A stretch of DNA of 64,000 bases from Sodaliphilus sp. (GCA_050873765.1 JBNMJK010000004.1:2844-66843), one strand, 5' to 3'. Shown: positions 39,098 to 48,723, counted from the first letter of the stretch. Numbers and translations: made by a program. Notes: generated by a model from the sequence alone, not told the origin.

Positions 39098-40675
39098 TCA
39101 ATGTTTTACGGTGTTGAGGTTCTGTTTTGATTTTTCTGCTATTTGCTTGATGATAATGCTCACATCGGCAATGAGCAGGGCTGTGAAGATGGCGGCAAAC
39201 ACCCAGAAGGTGATTTGCACATAGCCTGCGCTGAGGTCGCTGATAGCCACCTTGTTGGGCATCAGGTCTTGAATAGTCCAGGGCTGGCGTCCCACTTCAG
39301 CCACAATCCAGCCACAGGCGCTGCACAGGTAGGTGAGGGGAATGGTGACGATGGCGAGCGTGTGCCACCACCGTGCCCACCGAGCCTTTTCCAGCCACTG
39401 GCGCTTGTAGGCTAACACGAGCGCCAATAGCATAAACAGCATGAGGTAGCCACCCACAGCCACCATCAAGTGGAAGGTGTAGAAGGTGAGCGCCACGGGA
39501 GGCACCGCTTCTTGGGGCGAGTCTAAGTAGCCGTATCCGAAGTGGGAAAAGTTGGCCTCAATGGTCTGGAGCGCGTCGGCCATGGCGGCCTTGTCGTCTT
39601 TTTTCAGTGCCACGTTGTAGGTGCCGATGGCCTCCTTGGCAATGGCCCCTCGCTTCATGCGCTCCTCATAGGAGATGGAGCTGATGGCATTTCCGTGGCG
39701 GTCTTTCAATTTGCCGTCGATAATATCGTTGATGCCCGGCACAAACGCCTGTGGATCGTGATTGGCGAGAATGGAAAGTCCGTATGGAATACCTATTTTC
39801 ATCAGATAGGGGTCTTCGTCGTTGTCCACCGTCTTGGCAGGGTTGAGTAGGCCGAAAGCCACAATTTCCTGCCCGTTCTGCCCGCGGTAAAGTCCCTCCA
39901 TGGCGGCGAGCTTCATAGGCTGACGCTCAGCTACGGTCACAGCCGACGTGTCGCCCGACACTACCGTGAGCACGATGCCGATAAGTCCTACCCAGGCGCC
40001 CACTTTCAGGCTGCGGAAGCAGTGGTCGGCATTGCGCCCTCGCAGCAGCAGCCACCCCGACACGCCTATCACAAACACGCCGCCGAGCGTCCATGCGCTC
40101 AACACGGTGTGCAGCACCTTGTTCACCGCCATAGGTGAGGTGGCCACAGCCCAGAAGCTCGTCATTTCGTTGCGCATGGTTTCGGGGTTGAAAGTGCAGC
40201 CCACGGGATCCTGCATCCATGCGTTTGCCACTAAAATCCACAGGGCCGACAGACTGGCGCCGATGGCGGTGAGCCAGGTGGCGGTGAGGTGAAAGCGTGG
40301 CGACACACGGTTCCAGCCGAAAAACATCACGGCAATGAATGTTGACTCCATAAAGAATGCAAGAATGCCCTCAATGGCGAGTGGCGCGCCAAAGATGTCG
40401 CCCACAAACCAGCTATAGTTCGACCAGTTGGTGCCAAATTCAAATTCAAGAATGATGCCGGTGGCCACGCCGATGGCGAAGTTCACGCCAAACAGCGTGG
40501 TCCAAAACTTGGTGGTGGCGAGCCATTTCTCATCGCGTGTGCGGTAGAAAATGGTCTCCATAATGGCTATAATCACACCTAAGCCGAGGGTGAGTGGCAC
40601 AAAAAGCCAGTGATAGATGGCGGTGAGCGCGAATTGCGCGCGCGACCAGTCCACTACGGTAGTCAGTTCATTCAT
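39098..40675 (-). CDS. cydA: Cytochrome bd ubiquinol oxidase subunit I
   Basis: YHWLFVPLTLG, EFEFGTNW, QPMKLAAMEG, EVGRQPW. Confidence 0.97.
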   Translation of the reverse strand: MNELTTVVDWSRAQFALTAIYHWLFVPLTLGLGVIIAIMETIFYRTRDEKWLATTKFWTTLFGVNFAIGVATGIILEFEFGTNWSNYSWFVGDIFGAPLAIEGILAFFMESTFIAVMFFGWNRVSPRFHLTATWLTAIGASLSALWILVANAWMQDPVGCTFNPETMRNEMTSFWAVATSPMAVNKVLHTVLSAWTLGGVFVIGVSGWLLLRGRNADHCFRSLKVGAWVGLIGIVLTVVSGDTSAVTVAERQPMKLAAMEGLYRGQNGQEIVAFGLLNPAKTVDNDEDPYLMKIGIPYGLSILANHDPQAFVPGINDIIDGKLKDRHGNAISSISYEERMKRGAIAKEAIGTYNVALKKDDKAAMADALQTIEANFSHFGYGYLDSPQEAVPPVALTFYTFHLMVAVGGYLMLFMLLALVLAYKRQWLEKARWARWWHTLAIVTIPLTYLCSACGWIVAEVGRQPWTIQDLMPNKVAISDLSAGYVQITFWVFAAIFTALLIADVSIIIKQIAEKSKQNLNTVKH

Positions 40676-40716
40676 TGCGTAAGTGTTGTTAGTATATGTG
40701 TAATGATGTTGGGGTG

Positions 40717-40956
40717 TTATCGATTGTTAAGCTGTTCTCTCACATATTCGGCCTTTCCCTCGTCGCTGTCGGCTTTCGTGCTGAGGAAGTCGGGGAAAAG
40801 CAGCCAGCGCAGAATCAGGAAAAACACCACTATCTTAATGGCGATGATGGCCCAGAGCGTGCGTCCCACGGTCATGCCGCGGAAACCGTCGCGATAGAAG
40901 CCCACGACCCTCGTGAGCGCGCCGGGCAGAATGCCAGTGTGGAGGTTTGTCTTCAT
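40717..40956 (-). CDS. DUF4492 small membrane protein
   Basis: FYRDGFRGMTVGRTLW..LFPDFL directly upstream of cydA; start moved to ATG 40956. Confidence 0.85.
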   Translation of the reverse strand: MKTNLHTGILPGALTRVVGFYRDGFRGMTVGRTLWAIIAIKIVVFFLILRWLLFPDFLSTKADSDEGKAEYVREQLNNR

Positions 40957-41053
40957 CGTGCAGAGGCTATAAATAAGTTCACACCACAAATATAATGATT
41001 TATTTGTGAAAAACAATGCCTCGCTCAGCCATCATTCGTTCAAAAAAATTAAT

Positions 41054-41154
41054 AGCTTCTGAAATTTGTGGAAATCGGCAATAATATTTACTTTTGTTTT
41101 GAATGAAAAAAACAGACACGATGAGACCCCTTCAAGACTATGTGTCAGTTATTA
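41054..41154 (+). repeat. About 100-bp direct repeat copy 1 (promoter plus first 11 codons of an MNT gene)
   Basis: About 87% identical by eye to 43396-43495; contains TTTG-N20-TACTTTTG. Confidence 0.88.
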
Positions 41155-41183
41155 TTTTATTGCACCCTTCACCATTTAAATAG
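41121..41183 (+). pseudogene. Truncated MNT antitoxin remnant
   Basis: MRPLQDYVSVI matches MRTLQDYISVI at 43462, then diverges and stops. Confidence 0.7.
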
Positions 41184-41214
41184 AAAAATAATTATTAAAC
41201 CTGTAATATTGAAA

Positions 41215-42786
41215 ATGAATAAAATTTGTTTTGCTTTTCTGCTTGTGTTCTTCATGGGGAGTTTGAATTTATATGCGCAATACACAAGTGAGAATTCCTT
41301 TATGCGAACAGCCTTGGTCCTATATCACAAAAACGCGAAGGGCTATTTTGAGCCATCGGAGAATGTTTTGGTGGACGCGGTGACCAATGTGACTGCTGTG
41401 TATGCTTATGACAAAAAAACACACAATCTTTATGTGAGAAACGGTCAAGGCAACTTTGTGGTTACACTAAACAACGAATACGCAAAAGTTGTCAAAAACA
41501 ACAAACATATACCACAACTCACACAAGAGGTGATAACATCGTTGGCACAGAGCGTCAACGACGAGCTGCATCGGCTCTATGCACATAAAAACGACAGTAT
41601 TCGTGCCCTTGAACGAAAAGCAAGAGAAAAGGCGATTTCCGACTCATTGGAGCTTGCCAGGGTAACGCAAGAGAAGGAAGATGCTGCCAGGCTCAAAAAG
41701 GAGCAGCGCGACAAGGATTTTGGCGTTTACAGAAATATGGCTTCATACAGCCTTGTTCCATTAGATGGAAATGTTCTTGAGTGTGCCGACTGTGGAAAAT
41801 ATTTTGATAAAAGCTATGTGGTGACGGAAGCTATTAAGCATGATTCAATCTATTTCATTACACCAATTACCAGAGAACTACAAGATGACTACGTGGCATT
41901 TCACGTAGCCGCTATTCCAAACATTCTGAAAACCGACCCAAACTTCATGTATCATGTGGAAGCCTTTGCCGACAGTCTTTGCAATGACACAGTTTACACG
42001 CTTTCGTATATCAAGAAAATGAATCAGTTTGCCGTGGCTAATCATTATAGAAAGGTATTAAACTTAGCGCCCTATGGCTATATAGGTGATTGGGGTTGGG
42101 GAAATGAATACTCTTTCTTGACTTTTAATTTTTCATTTACTAATCTTAACAAAAAGACTATAAAATACATTGATGTGTATTGGAAGGTAACGAATGATGT
42201 GGGTGACATTAGAAAAGTGGGGCATTTTAAAGGCACCGGACCTCTCACACAATATGAATCGGCCAGTTGGGATTGGGATTCATCATCGTATTATGTGGCT
42301 GGCGACGCTTCTAATATGCAGCTCACTAAAGCCATCATCACATATATGAATGGCTCTCAGAAAATATTATCCGGTAAATCGCTGCTGGTCAACAGTGAGT
42401 CGGATTATGTTGATGAAATGTCGTCGGACAAGCCACGCACATCATACGGAAGTTTCGTGCTTGACTACCACACCAACGACAATAGTATTGTAGATACTCC
42501 AGCAATGTATGCAGAAGGAAGTGTTCAACTTTATGAAGATGTTAATCGAAACTTACATTACACCCCAAACCGCTCCAAGGAGCACAAACTGGCGCAAGTG
42601 GTTTTGAAAATAGAAATTAATAAAGATGGAACCATCGGAGATGTGGCCGTTGAAAAGTCATACAATGCCACATACGACAATATTGCGAAAAACGTTGTGG
42701 CGAAACTTGGCAAATTCACACCTGCAAGGCACGATGGGAAAAAGGTGAAAGTATGGTATAGGCTACCAGTCATTTTCTATTTGTGA
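41215..42786 (+). CDS. Secreted protein with C-terminal TonB-C domain
   Basis: Signal peptide MNKICFAFLL; INKDGTIGDVAV..FTPARHDGKKVKVWYRLPVIF; AT-rich. Confidence 0.8.
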   Translation: MNKICFAFLLVFFMGSLNLYAQYTSENSFMRTALVLYHKNAKGYFEPSENVLVDAVTNVTAVYAYDKKTHNLYVRNGQGNFVVTLNNEYAKVVKNNKHIPQLTQEVITSLAQSVNDELHRLYAHKNDSIRALERKAREKAISDSLELARVTQEKEDAARLKKEQRDKDFGVYRNMASYSLVPLDGNVLECADCGKYFDKSYVVTEAIKHDSIYFITPITRELQDDYVAFHVAAIPNILKTDPNFMYHVEAFADSLCNDTVYTLSYIKKMNQFAVANHYRKVLNLAPYGYIGDWGWGNEYSFLTFNFSFTNLNKKTIKYIDVYWKVTNDVGDIRKVGHFKGTGPLTQYESASWDWDSSSYYVAGDASNMQLTKAIITYMNGSQKILSGKSLLVNSESDYVDEMSSDKPRTSYGSFVLDYHTNDNSIVDTPAMYAEGSVQLYEDVNRNLHYTPNRSKEHKLAQVVLKIEINKDGTIGDVAVEKSYNATYDNIAKNVVAKLGKFTPARHDGKKVKVWYRLPVIFYL

Positions 42787-42879
42787 AAAGATTGCCCTGG
42801 TAAATTTTTTTGATTTGAAAAATTTGGTATGTCAAAACAAATAGCTATTTTTTGTGTCAAACTATTGATGTGTAAATCT

Positions 42880-43191
42880 ATGATTAGCAGTGATATAATA
42901 AGTGCAATACCAAAAGTGCAGCAGTTTCTTTTAGGTCTGCCAGTGAAGAAAGCATGGCTTTTTGGCTCTTGTTCGAGAGGAGAAGATACGCCAAGTAGCG
43001 ATGTGGATATTCTTGTGGAATACGATCGAGATAATGCAAGGATTACACTAATGACCATTTCTGCTATAATGATAGGACTTGAAGATATTTTTAATCGCAG
43101 CGTGGATCTTGTTGAAAACGGTATGCTGTTACCTTTTGCGGAAAAAACGGCTAACAATGACAAATTCTTGATTTATGAGAGAAAAAATTAA
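42880..43191 (+). CDS. Minimal nucleotidyltransferase (MNT) antitoxin 1
   Basis: LFGSCSRGED..SDVDILVEY motif. Confidence 0.88.
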   Translation: MISSDIISAIPKVQQFLLGLPVKKAWLFGSCSRGEDTPSSDVDILVEYDRDNARITLMTISAIMIGLEDIFNRSVDLVENGMLLPFAEKTANNDKFLIYERKN

Positions 43192-43231
43192 AGACAAGGA
43201 CCGGCTGTTGGAAGATGAGGATATGGTATGA
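43175..43231 (+). pseudogene. Truncated HepT/DUF86 toxin remnant
   Basis: MREKIKDKDRL overlaps the MNT stop like a DUF86 N-terminus, then stops after 18 codons. Confidence 0.6.
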
Positions 43232-43322
43232 ACCTCGCTATTGCTGACTGTAGGTCTGTTCGCAATGAACTTGCATTATACCCCCCCCGTTCCTGCGCCA
43301 CTGTGAATGTTCTTATAAGCGG

Positions 43323-43337
43323 GTGGCGGTGACGAAG
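43323..43337 (-). repeat. 15-bp att-like direct repeat (copy of prmC 3' end)
   Basis: GTGGCGGTGACGAAG is identical at 44289-44303 within prmC. Confidence 0.8.
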
Positions 43338-43395
43338 TTGTCGGTTTTGAGAAGAGTTTGAGATATTTATAGTAATTGTTTTAAAAGTAATAAGC

Positions 43396-43495
43396 AGCTT
43401 CTGAAATTTGCGAAAATCGGCAATTATATATACTTTTGCTTTAAATGCAAAAACAGACAATATGAGAACCCTTCAAGACTATATATCAGTTATTA
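43396..43495 (+). repeat. About 100-bp direct repeat copy 2 (promoter plus start of MNT 2)
   Basis: Matches 41054-41154. Confidence 0.88.
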
Positions 43496-43761
43496 AGCAA
43501 AATCGTGCGAAAATCACAACCGATTTTGGTATAAAGCGTTTGTGCGTGTTTGGATCTGTGGCACGAAATGAACAGACGGAGCAAAGCGATTTGGACGTGT
43601 GTGTGGAAACAGAAACACCTAATCCATTCTTGTTGGCCGACTTTAAAGACTTTTTGGAACAATTGTTTAAATGCTCAGTTGATGTGGTTCGATTTCATAA
43701 GAATATGAATCCTCTCTTCAAATCCAGAATAGAAAAGGAGGGCGTAGATGCTATACGATAA
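43462..43761 (+). CDS. MNT antitoxin 2
   Basis: VFGSVARNEQ..SDLDVCVE; start moved to ATG 43462. Confidence 0.88.
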   Translation: MRTLQDYISVIKQNRAKITTDFGIKRLCVFGSVARNEQTEQSDLDVCVETETPNPFLLADFKDFLEQLFKCSVDVVRFHKNMNPLFKSRIEKEGVDAIR

Positions 43762-44122
43762 AGAAGTGGTTCTGAACATTCTGAATAGAATTTTGGCTTC
43801 AATTGAGAGTATAGAAGATCGGTCAAAACCATATCGCTGTTCTGATGATTTTTTTGTGAATCCTGTTGGGGTCGCAATTCTGGACTCAATCTGTATGCAA
43901 TTTATTGCAATCGGAGAAAGTTTGAAGGGTCTTGATAAAATCACAAAGGGCGAACTTTTGTCAACGCATCCAGAGATAGATTGGAAAAATGTGAAAGGGC
44001 TACGCGATATTATAGCACATCACTACTTTGATATTGATGCAGAACAAATATGGTGGATTATAGAGAATGAACTTTCATCTTTGAAGAAGGCCATAATCGG
44101 AATGATTGATGATGTGAAATAG
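43748..44122 (+). CDS. HepT/DUF86 HEPN ribonuclease toxin
   Basis: IAIGES, WKNVKGLRDIIAHHY (RxxxxH plus Y); overlaps the MNT stop. Confidence 0.9.
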   Translation: MLYDKEVVLNILNRILASIESIEDRSKPYRCSDDFFVNPVGVAILDSICMQFIAIGESLKGLDKITKGELLSTHPEIDWKNVKGLRDIIAHHYFDIDAEQIWWIIENELSSLKKAIIGMIDDVK

Positions 44123-44272
44123 ACTGTTCGCTTATGCGCTTGGTATGGCGCAATATCTTGATAAATAGATTGATGACGCAATCTTATGAGACAATGTGAC
44201 TTGCGTTATATTGCAATATGAGGGCATGGTTTGCTTGTGGAAAATTTCAGGTGATTCGTGGTTTAACTTCTA

Positions 44273-45127
44273 TTAGGGGGCAGGCTTTGTGGCGGTGACG
44301 AAGCGGGGATTGCCGAACTGGTCGGCGGTCACGCATGCCTGCTCGAAGCCGTGGCGGGTGAGGAGTTGACAGGTGGCTTCGCCAAACCTGCGGTTGATTT
44401 CCAGATAGATGCGTCCACCTGGGCTCAACGCCACTGCTCCGTAATTGGCAATGGCACGGTAAAAGAGCAGCGGGTCGGTGTCTGGTACGAACAGAGCTGA
44501 GGCTGGCTCGTGCTCCAGCACATTTCGCTCCATGCCGCCGCGCTCACTCTGGCAGATGTATGGCGGATTGCTCACTAAAATGTCGAGACTGCCGCTCTCT
44601 GGTTTCGCGTGCAGAATGTCGGCATGGGTGAATGTCACCTTTGCCCGAAGCGCCTTTGCATTTTCCTCTGCCACCTTCAGCGCATCGTCGGAAATGTCGA
44701 TAGCCTCCACTTCTGGCCACTGGAGCGCCAAAGCCAGTGATATGGCGATACAGCCGCTGCCCGTGCCCACGTCGAGCACACGCAGGTCGGCCTTGCCGTG
44801 AGCATCATCTACAATTATGTCAACGAGCATCTCTGTTTCGGGTCGGGGAATGAGCGTGGCGGGTGTCACCTTCAGCACATGGCCATGAAAAGAGGCTCGC
44901 CCCAAAATATACTGGATAGGCTCACCACTGCAAAGGCGGCAGGCAATGGCACGGATATGCTCCACAAAAGCAGGGTCCTGCTCCACGTTGCCCCGCAAGA
45001 GCACATCCACGGGAGTGTAGTGCAGCACCTCCTCCATGATGATGCGCACCAGGGCACTGGCTTCGCGCTGGCCATAGAGTGGCGCCAGCCGCGATTTTAG
45101 TTCAGAAACGATTTGGTCGGTGGTCAT
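44273..45127 (-). CDS. prmC: Release factor glutamine methyltransferase
   Basis: EPIQYILG, LIPRPETE, LDVGTGSGCI, VSNPPYI; start moved to ATG 45127. Confidence 0.96.
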   Translation of the reverse strand: MTTDQIVSELKSRLAPLYGQREASALVRIIMEEVLHYTPVDVLLRGNVEQDPAFVEHIRAIACRLCSGEPIQYILGRASFHGHVLKVTPATLIPRPETEMLVDIIVDDAHGKADLRVLDVGTGSGCIAISLALALQWPEVEAIDISDDALKVAEENAKALRAKVTFTHADILHAKPESGSLDILVSNPPYICQSERGGMERNVLEHEPASALFVPDTDPLLFYRAIANYGAVALSPGGRIYLEINRRFGEATCQLLTRHGFEQACVTADQFGNPRFVTATKPAP

Positions 45128-45192
45128 AGGCATATTGCGTGATTTCTTATGAGCGTGATTGAAAGTTGACATTTCTTATTTAATTGTTGTAG

Positions 45193-46110
45193 CTATCTCC
45201 AAATTGGATTTTCCTCCCATCCTTTTGTGAAGCCAATCATGAATATTGGAATATTTGGGTATGAAGCAAAAAGATTCTTTATGTCCTGCTTGATTGTGTT
45301 ATTTGGACAAATCGCATTGCACAGATATAGAAGACAGGATATTACGCCAAAAGCACGTTTGCGCTGGTGTTCTGTCAAGTCTGAGCGCATCCAATTATCC
45401 CTATGGCGGTTGATGTTGGTTGGCTTCTTGGAAAATATCTTATACCATAGTCTTGAATGATGTGCGATAATATTTCGTAAGACAGAAATAGCTTCTAACC
45501 AACTTGAAAGTTCTCTGGCTGAATACAAACCGAATTCGTTTGCGATTCTTGACTTAAGCGGAGATTGATTCAGTAGGTTTTTGTACATTTTGGAAAGTGT
45601 TCCAAATGTGGCAGTTTCAAAAATTATCCATGCGTCAGGGTTGTCTCCTTCAAATGAGTTCTTGTTCCAATTGTGATGGCCCAAAATATATTGACGTACA
45701 AAAGGATCAGAATTTCTATCAAACTCATATTTCATATCCAACACCAGGTTTGCATGAAACTGCTGATTGTTGAAAAGAGAACCATTCAGATACCACAGCC
45801 CTGTATTTGTTGCCAGCGAAAGTGTTGTTATGAATTTTGTGCGCAATCCTACTTCCAGGATTTCAATTGCGCCAAAAAGAATGTTACGCAACTTTTTATC
45901 AAGCTCATATCTTCCTATAACCATGTCGAAATTTGCACCATTAATGAAATTCCCAGTATTGACGTCTAACATATCCACCCAATAATATTTTAAGCGGAAA
46001 TAGCTAATCCTCGACAAATACGAAATGGCATTTGGTTCATCATTAAATACCATTCCCTTTTCTTTAAGTCGGCACAATTGCTCTTGTATAGTTCTTGGTC
46101 TCTGATTCAT
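45193..46110 (-). CDS. Abi_2 (AbiD/AbiF-like) HEPN protein
   Basis: ISYFRL, ILEVGLRT, FGTLSKMY, LRNIIAHHSRLW HEPN motif; AT-rich; start moved to ATG 46110. Confidence 0.88.
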   Translation of the reverse strand: MNQRPRTIQEQLCRLKEKGMVFNDEPNAISYLSRISYFRLKYYWVDMLDVNTGNFINGANFDMVIGRYELDKKLRNILFGAIEILEVGLRTKFITTLSLATNTGLWYLNGSLFNNQQFHANLVLDMKYEFDRNSDPFVRQYILGHHNWNKNSFEGDNPDAWIIFETATFGTLSKMYKNLLNQSPLKSRIANEFGLYSARELSSWLEAISVLRNIIAHHSRLWYKIFSKKPTNINRHRDNWMRSDLTEHQRKRAFGVISCLLYLCNAICPNNTIKQDIKNLFASYPNIPIFMIGFTKGWEENPIWR

Positions 46111-46136
46111 TTCATAATATGTATATATGTACATAT

Positions 46137-46185
46137 AAAAAATGACTCGCTTGCAGTTCTGATGGGATGCAAACGAGTTCTGTTG
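46137..46185 (-). ncRNA. Candidate leader RNA / RNA antitoxin of the Abi gene
   Basis: 11-bp stem ACTCGTTTGCA/TGCAAGCGAGT plus T-tract, between promoter (46189-46219) and ATG. Confidence 0.5.
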
Positions 46186-46188
46186 ATG

Positions 46189-46219
46189 CAAAAATACAAA
46201 TAAATTCTGGTAATGCAAA
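46189..46219 (-). promoter_or_regulatory. Sigma70 promoter of the Abi gene
   Basis: Minus strand TTTG-N19-TATTTTTG. Confidence 0.7.
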
Positions 46220-46527
46220 TCTTTTGGCAAGAAAAATTCTAAATAATATTTTATCACATTAAAATTGTGGTTGGTGGAAGCGGTGGAGGAGGGGCGGATT
46301 GGTGAAAAACGGTAGGGGAAGGCGGCGGCCGCGTTAAAAAGGTGTAAAAAAGAGCGGTTACTTCTTTTAATATCTTAATTTGTAAGCGCCATTTGCCACT
46401 TAAATATTAATTTTACACGTTGAACAATGTGCAGGGCTCGCGCGTGTTACTATATAAAAGCACTGGCGAACCCCACATTATTGATGATTTTTTTGTAAAT
46501 TTGTACTTTCAAAGTAAAATTAGATAG

Positions 46528-48012
46528 ATGAACAAGAGATATTCCATGTACATACTGCTGGCGATGCTGCTTGGCTTCGCCGTGAGCTCGTGCAGCTCCA
46601 CAAAAGACGATCCAACCAACACCGATTCTACAATCTCGCCCAACAGCTACACCTCCACACTGGTGTCGAATTTCAGCTTGGGCTCCAACTCCAAGGTGCT
46701 CTACAACCTTGACTCGGTGTACTTCTCTATCGACCAGGACAAAAACCTCATCTACAATGCCGATTCTCTGCCCAAAGGAACCGACGTGTCGCACCTTACC
46801 GTGTCGGTCACATTCCCCACAGCTGTTGGCAAGGCGGTGTTTAAGGTGAAAGACAGCAAGTGGATGGAAAAGAAAGAGGTGGAATACACCAGCGAGACCA
46901 CCGACAGTATCGACTTCACCAGCCCTGTGGAATTGGAGGTTACCTCACAAGACGGCAAAAACATTCGCACCTACAGCGTGTGTGTGAATGTGCACAATAT
47001 CAAGCCCGACTCACTGTACTGGGATCAGCGCGCCCGCCGCGACCTCCCAAACACCAGCGGCTCGGCTAAGGCTGCAAAAACAGTGGCCTTCAATGGCAAA
47101 TACGCCTGCCTCGTGGCCGACACTTATGGCTACGTGCTTTCCTTCGCCACCAACCCCGGTCAAGGCACATGGGAAAGGAAGACGGTGGCGTTCGACTTCA
47201 CGCCCAATGTGGAGTCGCTCACAGCCTCGTCCGATGCGCTCTACATTCTCTCCAATGCCGGACAGCTCTACAAGAGCACCGATGAAGGCTCCACCTGGAC
47301 TGGCTGTGGCGTGATCTGGCGCAGCATCAAGGGCGCCTACGCCGGCAAGGTGCTTGGCGTGATCAGCGACGGCGGAGAATACAAGCACGATGAATACCCC
47401 CGTGGCAGCTACACCCCGGTGGCTTTGGAAGATGAATTCCCGGTAGAGGCTTCGTCGGAATTTGTGATGGCCAACAATAAGTGGACCACCACGCAGCAGG
47501 GTATGCTTGTGGGTGGTATCGACAAAAACGGAAAAACCGTGCGTGCCGTATGGGGCTACGACGGCAAGACCTGGGGGCGCATCGACAACGAAACCTTCTC
47601 GCCACTTCCTGCGCTTGAAGGCGCGTCGCTTGTGTCGTATGCCTCGTTTAGCAACGACAGTGTGACCCACCGCCAGACTAAGCGCACCACCTGGCTTGTG
47701 CTTGGCGGACGCAAGGCCGACGGCTCGATGAACCGCGCCACTTATGTTTCCTACAATCAAGGTATCACCTGGAGCAATGGCGGACTGGCACTTCAGTTGC
47801 CGTCGTATATGCCTTCCTTCACAGGCGCCAACGCCTTCGTGGTGGAAGAAACCATGTCGAAGAAATCACGTGCTTTCGCACCCGTGAAGCCTGTGACCCA
47901 ATGGGAGTGCCCCTACATCTATCTTGTGGGCGGCAAGAATAGCAGCGGTGAGCTGTATAACAGTATTTGGAAAGGCGTGATCAACCAACTCACCTTTAAG
48001 CCTCTTTACTAA
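46528..48012 (+). CDS. DUF6242-like lipoprotein
   Basis: Lipobox VSSC; FSIDQ..IYNADSLPKGTDVS; IDFTSPV. Confidence 0.78.
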   Translation: MNKRYSMYILLAMLLGFAVSSCSSTKDDPTNTDSTISPNSYTSTLVSNFSLGSNSKVLYNLDSVYFSIDQDKNLIYNADSLPKGTDVSHLTVSVTFPTAVGKAVFKVKDSKWMEKKEVEYTSETTDSIDFTSPVELEVTSQDGKNIRTYSVCVNVHNIKPDSLYWDQRARRDLPNTSGSAKAAKTVAFNGKYACLVADTYGYVLSFATNPGQGTWERKTVAFDFTPNVESLTASSDALYILSNAGQLYKSTDEGSTWTGCGVIWRSIKGAYAGKVLGVISDGGEYKHDEYPRGSYTPVALEDEFPVEASSEFVMANNKWTTTQQGMLVGGIDKNGKTVRAVWGYDGKTWGRIDNETFSPLPALEGASLVSYASFSNDSVTHRQTKRTTWLVLGGRKADGSMNRATYVSYNQGITWSNGGLALQLPSYMPSFTGANAFVVEETMSKKSRAFAPVKPVTQWECPYIYLVGGKNSSGELYNSIWKGVINQLTFKPLY

Positions 48013-48060
48013 TAATACGCTGGGGTGGCAACCACTCGAATGACGCAAGTGACGACGACG

Positions 48061-48723
48061 ATGAAGAAAATGTTCGCAATATTGGCAATGTGGCTGATGG
48101 CCTTGGGCGCTGTGGCTCAGGAATACCGCTATGAAGTGGGTCCTGCCCTTGGTGTGAGCGGTTATATTGGCGACATTAGTGGCGGCAACATGTATAAGCA
48201 CCCCGGAGTGGTGGGCGGCGGCGTGTTTCGCTACAATATGAACAGCCGTATTGCATTCAAGGGCAATTTGCTTTACGCCTCGCTCAGTGGCAACAGCAAC
48301 GATTGCGCCAGCAAATTTCCCGACGGCGAGCATTATGAGTTTAAGTCGCACCTTGTGGATTTGGGCGCACAGGCCGAATTCAATTTTCTGAATTACGGCA
48401 TAGGCGCCAAATATAAGAATTACAGCAGAATATCGCCATATATGGTGCTGGGCATAGGCGCTACTGCTGCATTTGTGAATGGCACGCACCTCACGGTGAA
48501 CATACCCATGGGTGTGGGCGTGAAATACAAGTTGAAGGAGCGCCTGAATCTTGGATTTGAGTTCACGATGCGCAAGTCGTTTGGCGACCGGCTCGACGGG
48601 TTGAGCGACCTCTACCGTATTCAGCACGGCTTCGCCAAAAACACCGACTGGTATTCGGTGGGCATGTTCACCATCACCTACGAGTTTAGCAAGCGGTGCA
48701 CGAAGTGCCATTATGTGGAGTGA
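48061..48723 (+). CDS. DUF6089 / PorG-like outer-membrane beta-barrel protein
   Basis: YIGD, FSDxLDG-like FGDRLDG, DWYS; directly before uppS. Confidence 0.78.
   Translation: MKKMFAILAMWLMALGAVAQEYRYEVGPALGVSGYIGDISGGNMYKHPGVVGGGVFRYNMNSRIAFKGNLLYASLSGNSNDCASKFPDGEHYEFKSHLVDLGAQAEFNFLNYGIGAKYKNYSRISPYMVLGIGATAAFVNGTHLTVNIPMGVGVKYKLKERLNLGFEFTMRKSFGDRLDGLSDLYRIQHGFAKNTDWYSVGMFTITYEFSKRCTKCHYVE

Noticed and set aside
37966-40956. Cytochrome bd oxidase in an anaerobe
   Set aside because: Well known in Bacteroidales (nanaerobic respiration); not novel.
43290-43299. Poly-C tract (and the poly-G near 34485)
   Set aside because: Intergenic and not in a promoter spacer or CDS; no evidence for phase variation.
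46111-46257. N-terminal extension of the Abi ORF in the ORF track
   Set aside because: It spans the promoter and leader hairpin; ATG 46110 is the plausible start. Similar extensions were trimmed for SDR, patatin, MNTs and prmC.
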